DNA of 64,000 bases from Tubulanus polymorphus (lineage: Eukaryota > Animalia > Nemertea). The first letter of the stretch is position 1. The number at the start of each line of letters is the position of its first letter. A program made the position numbers and the translations under genes. The notes under the pieces are model-generated. The model did not search any database. It was not told the DNA's origin and saw only the letters and a program-made list of their open reading frames with translations. Shown here piece by piece: positions 35,101 through 64,000 of this stretch. Location: the NCBI RefSeq assembly GCF_964204645.1, contig NC_134031.1, positions 14,495,807 through 14,559,806 on the forward strand, read 5' to 3'.

Positions 35101-38100
35101 ACAAGATGATATGATTCCAATAATAGTTGATTTAGTTGAACATATCTGTCGTACTGAACAGGTACGTGTAACCTGTTTTAATTAACACCTTTAACAAATC
35201 CTGCAACGTAAAGCTACAGATTACGATGTGAACTCTGCTGGGGTGAATGACTGCGGTAGGAATAGGGTAAGGGAGGTGCGAGATGCTTGCTGCGGTTGGA
35301 CAGGGGATCAAATGCAGTGCTGTGGAAGCAAGGGTGGTAAGGAACATATGCCCGAATTCAGCTGAATCTCTTGTTGTGAATATTGTTTTTGCTGGTAGGA
35401 AGGATCAATACCTTATACTTACCTTTTTGAAAGAACATATATTTTAAACTAATTTCTTTCTAACTTGTATTTTGTTACTCCTGTTGCTTTACTATAATGC
35501 TTAATTATATTTATCAACTGTGTATTTTTATTTGCAGGGCATAGATTATTATCGGTTATGCACTTTATAAGAAATAAGTTATTTCTATTGTTATTATGAT
35601 ATACTAGTGTTTTAGCCGGTTGGACCGATATCATTAAAACTAAAAGTAACAACTCCTGAGTCAATCAGTCTGACTGAGTCACAAATGTATCAATATTGTT
35701 ATTGTTTTTGCTTGTAGGAAGGTGCGATACTAGTGTTTTTACCGGGTTGGACCGATATCAGTAAAACTAATGATATGTTAACCAGTAGAGCGTTGTTCAG
35801 AACCGGTCTATTCCGGATTATCCCGTTACACAGTCAAATGCCGACTATCAACCAGCGAGAAGTATTCGAAAGGCCACCGCTTGGTGTGAGAAAAATCGTC
35901 ATAGCGACGAATATCGCGGAGACCAGGTAAAAATATCTGATCGTCTGTGGACAGTCAAACTCGTGTTAGTCGTAGCTGGGACGACGTACCTTTAACTAGA
36001 ACAAATCTGATCATATCTACAAATCTCTAAACAGATGTGCATACGATACTATGATGGCTTAGTAACAAATTCCACATGTCCAGGATCCAGTTAAAACTTT
36101 GCGCAATGGGGCCAGATTTGTAGAACTGAATGTACGATACCTGAATTGCGAAGCTAGGTCTACGGTCCCTGAATTCATGGTTCCCACAGAACACGGAAAT
36201 TGGGAAAAACTTGGGAATTTTGAAATAATAATTCCCGGTTTGGAAATATTTGGGAATTTGAAAAATTTTCCTCAAATCAGGGAAATATTTGGGAAATTCA
36301 TTACATTTCACATATAGCATTTGCCAAGGGCGATTTTCTTCAGCAATTTCCCTTGAAAATCACCTTTATCAACCAGTCACCGCTACAATGTTTACTGTAG
36401 CATGACGATATGTGTTCATTTGCATTTGGGAAAATTGAAAAATCCCCCATGAAATACTTGGGAAAAACTTGGGAATTTTGAATTCATATAACTGTGGGAA
36501 CCATGCTGAATGGTAAAACTGGGTCTATGATCCCTGAATTGTAAAGTAAAGCTGGGTCTTCAGTCCCTGAATTGTAAAACTGGGTCTATGATCCCTGAAT
36601 TATAAAGCTGGGTCTACGATACCTGAATTGTAAAACTGGATCTACTCCCCGAATTGTAAAGCTAGGTCTACGGTCCCTGAATTGTAAACTGGGTCTATGA
36701 TCCCTGAATTGTAAAGTAAAACTGGGTCTACAGTCCCTGAATTGTAAAACTGGGTCTATGATCCCTGAATTGTAAAGTAAAACTGGGTCTACAGTCCCTG
36801 AATTGTAAAACTGGGTCTATGATCCCTGAATTGTAAAACTGGATCTACTCACCAAATTGTAAAGCTAGGTCTACATCCCTGAATTGTAAAACTGGATCTA
36901 TGATACCTGAATTGTAAAGTAAAGCTGGGTCTACGGTCCCTGAATGTAAAACTGAGTCTATGATCCCTGAATTATAAAGCTGGGTCTACGATACCTGAAT
37001 TGTAAAACTGGGTCTACGGTCCCAGAATTGTAAAACTGGGTCTATGATCCCTGAATTGTAAAACTGGGTCTATGATCCCTGAATTCTAAGGTAAAACTGG
37101 GTCTATAGTCCCTGAATTGTAAAAGTGGGTCTACGGACCTGAATTATAGAATTGAGTCTACAGTGCTCGGACTCTTTTGAAAGTTTTTCTTCTGAGTGCT
37201 ATTTTAAAAAATGTTTTGTATATATTTTTTTCTAGTATAACAATCGATGATGTTGTGTTCGTTGTGGATTGTGGTAAAATCAAATTGAAGCAGTACGACG
37301 CCGAGAGGAATATCACAACTCTATTACCAGAATGGAACAGTTTAGCAAACTCTAAACAGAGACGAGGCAGGGCTGGAAGGTAATACAACCACCGGATCAC
37401 CATCTAGTGGAATTACGATGAACTATCAAATTTCTGGATGCTTTCAACACTTTTTAGTCCACGATATATCCCTTTGTACAAATGACAGAGTTCATCTATT
37501 TCAATTCCAACCCGAAATGTAATTTGTTATTTTCAGAGTTCAGCCTGGAGTTTGTTATCATCTGTATACAACATTCCAAGGAAGGAAACTTGAACCTTAT
37601 CAACTTCCAGAAATGTTGAGGACTCGATTAGAAGAACTATGTCTCAATATAAAAGTAAGTCCGTCGCTTTTCTCTCGGACCCAGTTCAGGCCTCAGTTCC
37701 ACAGTTCAGGACCCAGTTCCACAGTTCAGGACTCAGTTCCACAGTTCAGGACCCAGTTCCACAGTTCAGGACTCAGTTCCACAGTTCAGGACCCAGTTCC
37801 ACAGTTCAGGACTCAGTTCCACAGTTCAGGACCCAGTTCCACAGTTCAGGACTCAGTTCCACAGTTCAGGACTCAGTTCCACAGTTCAGGCCTCAGTTCC
37901 ACAGTTCAGGCCTCAGTTCCACAGTTCAGGACTCAGTTCCACAGTTCAGGACTCAGTTCCACAGTTCAGGACCCAGTTCCACAGTTCAGGACTCAGTTCC
38001 GGACTCAGTTCCACAGTTCATGACCCAGTTCAACAGTTCAGGACTCAGTTCCACAGTTCAGGCCCCAGTTCCACAGTTCAGGACTCAGTTCCACAGTTCA

Positions 38101-41100
38101 GGCCTCAGTTCCAAAGTTCAGGTCTCAGTTCCACAGTTCAGGCCTCAGTTCCACAGTTCAGGACTCAGTTCCGCAGTTCAGGACTCAGTTCCACAGTTCA
38201 GGACCCAGTTCCACAGTTCAGGGCTCAGTTCCACAGTTCAGGAATCAGTTCCACAGTTCAGGACTCAGTTCTTGGCTTACCGGTAGATCTTACTCAAGAG
38301 TTGACATGAACTGAGTCAGTCCGATGACAGTCAATTGAAAACTGTTGAACTAGCCCCAGAAAAATAGAAATCAGCCCAACTATGTCACACCCCTCGGCCA
38401 CCCCTCATTGGTGTTGAGAGATTTTCTGGTTTATTTTTCAGTTGTTGAAATTAGGTAGAATTTTACCGTTCGTTCAAAAGGCGATGGAACCTCCTTCACT
38501 GCAGGCGCTAGAAAATTCTGTCGAACTTCTCAAACAACTAGTAAGCAACTAGTAGGCAATATATAGGCCGATACCCCGTGTGAATCTCTAGAGTTAGCCC
38601 TAACCTGTGTCAGTCCCGGGATCCAATTCCTCGGTTACTGGGTTAAGATTTGACTCGGAGTTAGCTCATTGAAAAAAAAAACGATTTCATCTCTCAAGAG
38701 TTAACTCGAACTCACAACCCTGGAACTTGATACGGAGTCTACGATGAAATTTTGAATTATTTCACGTGAATTTCTATATTTTCAGAATGCGTTGAATCAC
38801 GAAGAGAATCTAACGTCGCTCGGGCACCATCTAGCCCGGATGCCCGTCGACCCGCAGATCGGTAAAATGATCCTATTCGGAGCGATATTCAGTTGCTTGG
38901 AACCGATTTTAACGATCGCCGCAAGTCTAAGTTTTAAGGATCCGTTTTTTACGCCGTTGGTAAGAGCCGATTTTAAACCCGCTCTATTCGCCGAAACTGG
39001 TTCAAACTTCATCTTTGGAATTATCTGAAATTTGCGCCGATATAAAAATCCCACAAAATCTTTTAGTTAATGATTTATTTTCAACGTTTCGACTCCCGGT
39101 ATATCCTGATAGCCATCTTCAGGGATACTGTAGTTTTTATTCCCTGAGATACAGTATTCATAGTAAGTCCCAGTATACTCGAAGATGACTACAGTCGGCC
39201 CCTGATATACCGCCCAAATCGGTGCAGAACTATTTTGGCGGTATAGCGAGTATGGCGGTTTATTGGGGGTGTTTGACTATGTATTTGTATATTGAGAAAA
39301 CCTGGCGGTAGGCAGGGGGCGGTATCGGGGGTTGGCTGTAGTCATCTTCAAGTATACTGGGACTTGTTGTGAATACTTTATCTCAGGGAAGTTTATGTAG
39401 TGGTTTAAGGATAAAGTTGAATTAACTACTAGCTAAAGGAAACATTTCCAGCTATACCAGAGGCGCCCGAAAGGAATTGGATAAACTCGTTTTAAGAACT
39501 TGATGATAGAAGTTTATTTAACTCGATACGGTTCCTGGAAAATAAGTAAGAATGTTCTTAATCTATTGCTAATTAAACAAACAATTATTGATACATAATA
39601 GGAGAAGCAGTAATTTAATGACAAACAAATTGTCGTATTTTGCAAGTTTATCGTAGATTATATAAATATTTGACAAGCTAAGTATGGCCAAGTACTCAAT
39701 TTACTAAAACAGATACAAAAAAATCATGGAAAAAATTAACACTTACAACACATTATTCCTTATATATCGTTTGGCTAAACTCGCTCCGTCCGCGAACAGT
39801 ATTACGATGACCACGAAATATCGCGGAAAATGTCATTTATAGCTATATCTACTGAAGCGAACACGAATGCAAATATTCCAAAGATTTGAGATTAAACTAT
39901 TGTATACATAAACCCAAAAATGCCTGAGCGGGTTTAATATCGTGAATATAACATATATACACGAAAGAAATTGTAGAACATATTTGTTCTCTTATTTCGT
40001 TCAAAAACACCAGCCTTTATTTTTATTTTATATCTTTACAACACTTTATCGATGGTTATATCATCAATTTGTATTGTATTTTAGGGTAAGGAAAAGGAGG
40101 CTGATCAGGCCAAAAGGAAACTTGCTAATGGTTCGATGTCTGATCATATTCTGCTAGTGAACGCTTTCAAGCAATGGGAACGAGCTAAATTTGAAGGTAG
40201 AGCCAGGAATTTCTGCTGGGATCATTACATGTCATCGAGTACATTAGAGGTATGTTCAGGCGTCTGCCCTGTACTCCAGTCCAGGTTAGTCTGGACCCAG
40301 TTGCACCGTGAAGTTTGACTCTAAAGCATTGAAGCAAATGAAATAACTATTATGGTCGGATTTAAACTTTATTTCATTTTCAATGTTTCAAATCTTATTT
40401 AAGATGCTGAAGAAAATGAAACGACAATTCGCTGATTTACTTCAAGAGCTCGGATTCATCGAATCAAATCATTCTCAGGCAAATGTGTTTTCAGGTAGGG
40501 CTAGGGTTTACAATAGGGTAGAATTTAAGCTTAAAACAGTTAAGTTTGAAATGTTGTGCTCATTGAAAACACCGATCGCAATTAAACCAAAAATTTGGGA
40601 TCACATTCTTTCTAAAGCTGGACCCAGATCTCGCTGACTCCTCACTAGATCATTGAGAATGTGAATTGATTCCCACTATTCCTGAACGGGGGCAGATCCA
40701 GTCTTGTCCCGTCTTTTCAAAGACGGTCTAGAAAACTGAGTGCCCTGATTATTGTCTGAAACAAGGCTGCCAACTGTTCCTGATTGTCAGGACTCATTAC
40801 TATTATATGACAAGAAATATTGATTTGATTTGTTTGATGTATACAGATATATGATATGATATATAAGGTTTTACTGAGAGCCTTACTGTTGATTATAGAT
40901 TAATTTGAACATTTTATTTCATATTTCAATGAAATGTTACTGAAAAAATTTCAATTTGTTACTGATAGCACTTTTCAGAGGTTGGCAGCCCTGCTGAAAT
41001 GTGTGTTGATTAGTAGCAAAATGCCTGTTTGGTTTATCTTGGGAAGGACCCCGAATAGTTCTGTAATTGCATCTGCAAGTATTGGAAATTCAAAAAATCG

Positions 41101-42931
41101 CCTCCCTGGCCTACGTGAAAAAGTATTTTGGACTCCGGCATGAGGGGGGGCCACATCCTCCGGTAATACTGGGGTTGTATAATTTTTTATGAAGTGCCCC
41201 TCTAAACTGAAAAGACTGTCTAGACTTACAGCTGGACCCGCCCCTGATGAAGATGACAATTTCAATAAACAACCGGCACTAGTTCAAGGAAACATTTCGG
41301 ACTCTTTTTATTCGCAGTGTGCAGGGATTTATTATTATCTTTATACATCCAATATGAATTGATTATTTGCAGGTAATACCAAACTAGTAGAAGCTATAGT
41401 CGCTGCTGGGCTTTATCCAAACGTAGCTAAAATATACGTTAAAGAAAACCACAGCGGGAAACAACATTTTAAGCACGGCAAAACAGCTTCAGATAGGTAA
41501 CTAAATATGCCAAAACAGCTTCAGATAGCTAACTAAATATACCAAAACAGCTTCAGGGGCCGGTTCCTCAGTTGAGACTTAAGTCCGAAGATGGTCTTAA
41601 ATTTTAAGACTGGTCTTAAGTTGTTAGATTGGTTATAGAACTAAGACGGTCTTAAATTGGTCTTAAGCCTAAGCCATGACTATGGAACTGGGCCCTGATA
41701 GGTAACTGAATATACTAAAACAGCTTCAGATAGATGTACCAACTAAAACGATTCTTTTAGAAAAATATTTAATTCCTGGAGTAAAACAGTGGAACTGAGT
41801 ATATTTTGATCAGTGGTCCATGGTTTTTGGTTAAAATTTGACTCCGTCAAAAATGAATTTAGTTTAGTAACTGGTGTTGATTGTTTTTGTTTCTCGAAGG
41901 CCTCCCGCGTTGTTCGGAAGTAAAAATGAACGAATGAAGCTTCACCCGAAGTCGATTAATTCAAATGCAAATAGCTCACAGTATAAACATCAGTGGATGG
42001 TTTATCATCTGAAAATGAAAACAACTAATGTGAGTATTACACAAATTACCCCCCCTTCCCCAACTACCCCTCACTTCGAACTATCCCCTCCTAGACCCGG
42101 TTCTACAGCTCGCAGCTAAAACTTGATTCTTATATGGTCAAAATATTGTAAATGAACTAATTTAACTTGGAATCAAATTCATCCTAGAGCTGTAGAACTG
42201 GATCCTCGTCTTAACTTCGAGGTCTCTTACCGAAGCTGTATGTTTTTATACGTATTTCAGATATTTATATTCGACTGTACCCCTATCGCCCCCTATCCGC
42301 TACTGTTCTTTGGAGGAGCTATCACTATGTTACGGGTTCGTACGAAATTGATAAAGACTCGTAGACCTCAGAAGAGTTCAACAGATAATAGTATTTGTTT
42401 TCTATGATTGTAGGAGGGTAATGTTCAATGCGTGGCTGTCGACGACTGGATTAAATTTAATGCATCTTCAAAAACAGTGAATCTCGTTAAAGTGAGTACC
42501 ATTAAATACAATAGATATCCTCCAGCAGAGAGTTGAGGGCTCTGTCTTTGTGTCCTCCAGGAGATGGTTGATGGATGTGCGTGTGTCCTCCAGGTGAGGG
42601 TTGAGGGATCTGCGTGTGTCCTCCAGGAGAGGGTTGAGGGATCTGTTTGTGTACTCCAGGAGAGGGGAGTGTTTGTACATGTATAATCTCGAAAAGGGAC
42701 TAAGGGTATTTGTATAAGAATTTGTACCATATGATTTTACTTAGATACGCACGTAGATGCACGAGGATCTTTCAATCTATTCCTATTTCTATTTTTACGC
42801 AGGATTTAAGGCATCAGTTTGAATTAGTTTTGGAGCAGAAAGTTCTTAAGCCAGGAGCCACAGACTGGGATCCCTGCAGTAAGGAAGGCGCCGTTATACG
42901 AGCAATAATGGATCTTATAACCACGGATTAA
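26170..42931 (+). CDS. DHX36: ATP-dependent DNA/RNA helicase DHX36 (RHAU/G4R1), multi-exon
   Basis: RGG-rich exons 26170-26260 and 29651-29788; DHX36-specific motif '[16 protein letters not shown]' (30156-30243); motif I '[10 protein letters not shown]' (~32320); '[10 protein letters not shown]'; 'DEIHERD' (~33634); 'SAT'; 'FLPGW'; 'IATNIAET'; 'QRRGRAGR'; HA2 '[19 protein letters not shown]'; last exon 42803-42931. Splice phases are consistent where checked. Confidence 0.95.
26356..27201. mobile_element. Long (846-bp) member of the TAG...CTA family with 9-bp TSD (Mutator-like TSD length)
   Basis: CTCCACGAC|TAGTTAGTTACCT...AGGTTACTGACTA|CTCCACGAC. Confidence 0.8.
27215..29491. mobile_element. 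2.28-kb non-autonomous TIR transposon, 63-bp TIRs, 8-bp TSD (P-element- or hAT-type)
   Basis: CGACAGAC|CACAGGGGCTCGTCACGATAGCTGGGGGTCC...GGACCCCCAGCTATCGTGACGAGTCCCTGTG|CGACAGAC; one TIR mismatch. CANAG ends favour the P superfamily. Confidence 0.85.
30494..30781. mobile_element. piggyBac-type MITE
   Basis: CCCTTTCAGTGC...GCACTGAAAGGG|TTAA; same family as 34596-34877. Confidence 0.8.
31338..31438. mobile_element. 101-bp TAG...CTA MITE with 9-bp TSD
   Basis: TATATAGGT|TAGTTAGTTACCT...ATTACTGACTA|TATATAGGT. Confidence 0.85.
34596..34877. mobile_element. piggyBac-type MITE with TTAA TSD
   Basis: TTAA|CCCTTTCAGTGC...GCACTGAAAGGG|TTAA. Confidence 0.88.
36177..36505. mobile_element. CATGGTTCCCACAG MITE (inverted sister copy at 44964-45242)
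   Basis: TIR CATGGTTCCCACAG / CTGTGGGAACCATG; flanked by CTGAAT, with one extra T on the left. Confidence 0.75.
36506..37161 (+). repeat. ~29-34-bp minisatellite (AAACTGGGTCTATGATCCCTGAATTGT)
   Basis: About 20 imperfect units visible in a DHX36 intron. Confidence 0.9.
37676..38271 (+). repeat. 20-bp minisatellite (CAGTTCCACAGTTCAGGACT); related inverted array at ~34006-34160
   Basis: About 29 units; the source of spurious ORFs 37613 and 37639. Confidence 0.95.
39192..39338. mobile_element. Tc1/pogo-like MITE with TA TSD
   Basis: TA|CAGTCGGCCCCTGATATACCGCCC...GGGCGGTATCGGGGGTTGGCTG|TA. Confidence 0.7.
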
Positions 42932-43992
42932 ACAGTTTAAACCTACGGGATACTGCAACTGTAGAGGTCGATTTTAGTAATTCGTTAAATCATGGTTAAT
43001 AGTAATTGTTGCATTTACCATCAGTATGTTTATGTGATATCTGATAAAGATAAATTCAATCAATTGTTACATAATGTGTTTCTTCCACCAGTTTGGAGAG
43101 CATCTTTGAGGATGAGGAATTAGGACCCAACTACAAAGGGTTAGTTAGCCTCCTCCTGCTAAACCCGGCTGACACCTACATCTCCTATTGAATGGAACAA
43201 GAAAAGAGCGCAGATACAAAATTTTCTCACTTTTATTTGTCAATTAATAATTCTGATAATTCAATATACAATATCATCATCATACACTAAGAGTTCATGA
43301 GTATAAAAGAGTGTTTCATTCTACCATGGGTACGTTGATAGTACTACAGTAGCCCCCAGTTGGATAGTACTACTATAGGTACCCCTAGTGCCCAAGGTAG
43401 TACACCAGGTGGATAGTACTACGGGAACCCTACTATGGGTACTCCCAAGTACGCAAGGTAGTTATGCCAGGTGAATAGTACTACAGGAGCCCCCAGTTGA
43501 ATAGTACAATGGGTAGCTGCTAGTTGGATAGTACTACGGGTACCTGCTATGGGCTGTGGGTACCTGCTATATAGGCTATGGGTACCCCTATATTCTGAAT
43601 TACCAGCCCCCCCTCGAATATTGTTCTATCGATAATTCTAATGAAGGCACTAGTTTACACATAAACTAAAACTACAACTTAACATAATATTTTTTTTTCT
43701 TTACAAAATACAAGGTTTCTCTCGGGCTAAGCCTAGTGCACTCTAAACTAGGTTTTTTCTCGGAGCCTACCTACACGTTCCACGCGCGTAAGGAGTCCAT
43801 CTTAAACCCCTCATTCTTTAATTACAACACGATGAGCTATATTAAACCGGTTTAAAAAGTTCGCAGATCAAAAAGTATGAAATACTCCAGTAAATCTGTT
43901 AGTTTACAGTTCAATTAACGTCATAACGTGTTAATATAACCGCAGAGAAACTCCTTCTAGTGAGTGAATATATAGCTAACTGGCCGCCGTAT

Positions 43993-64000
<20,008 letters not shown>

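Noticed and set aside
37613-38286. 136-aa and 215-aa ORFs
   Set aside because: Read-through from a DHX36 exon into a 20-bp minisatellite.

Overview
Intron-rich, repeat-rich eukaryotic DNA from an invertebrate (lophotrochozoan-like; taxon is my inference). Host genes: a previously unpredicted two-exon gene for a 69-aa secreted Thr/Ala/Pro-rich peptide (6184-7588, +), intronless EXOC8 (12287-14437, +), an intronless FMRFamide/sex-peptide-receptor-like class A GPCR (23276-24259, +), the multi-exon G-quadruplex helicase DHX36 (26170-42931, +) and the 3' half of hemicentin-1 (43993->64000, -). The most striking feature is a 5,107-bp, extremely AT-rich insertion (15879-20985) with Polinton/Maverick-type ends: AGT...ACT termini and an exact 6-bp target-site duplication GGCATT. 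Its ~1.7-kb terminal inverted repeats each contain a virus-style zinc-finger gene and two tandem-repeat arrays. Its ~1.7-kb core holds two small membrane-anchored ORFs and nested hairpins. No polymerase, integrase, ATPase or capsid gene is present, so it looks like a gene-carrying, non-autonomous (satellite-like) Polinton derivative. A relic of a related element lies at ~25087-25450. A second system is a dispersed family of minimal type-I hammerhead ribozyme motifs of the Penelope/retrozyme kind, including a tandem array at 62132-62729. Many TIR elements with diagnosable TSDs (TA, TTAA, 6, 8 and 9 bp), tRNA-like SINEs and minisatellites fill introns and intergenic DNA.
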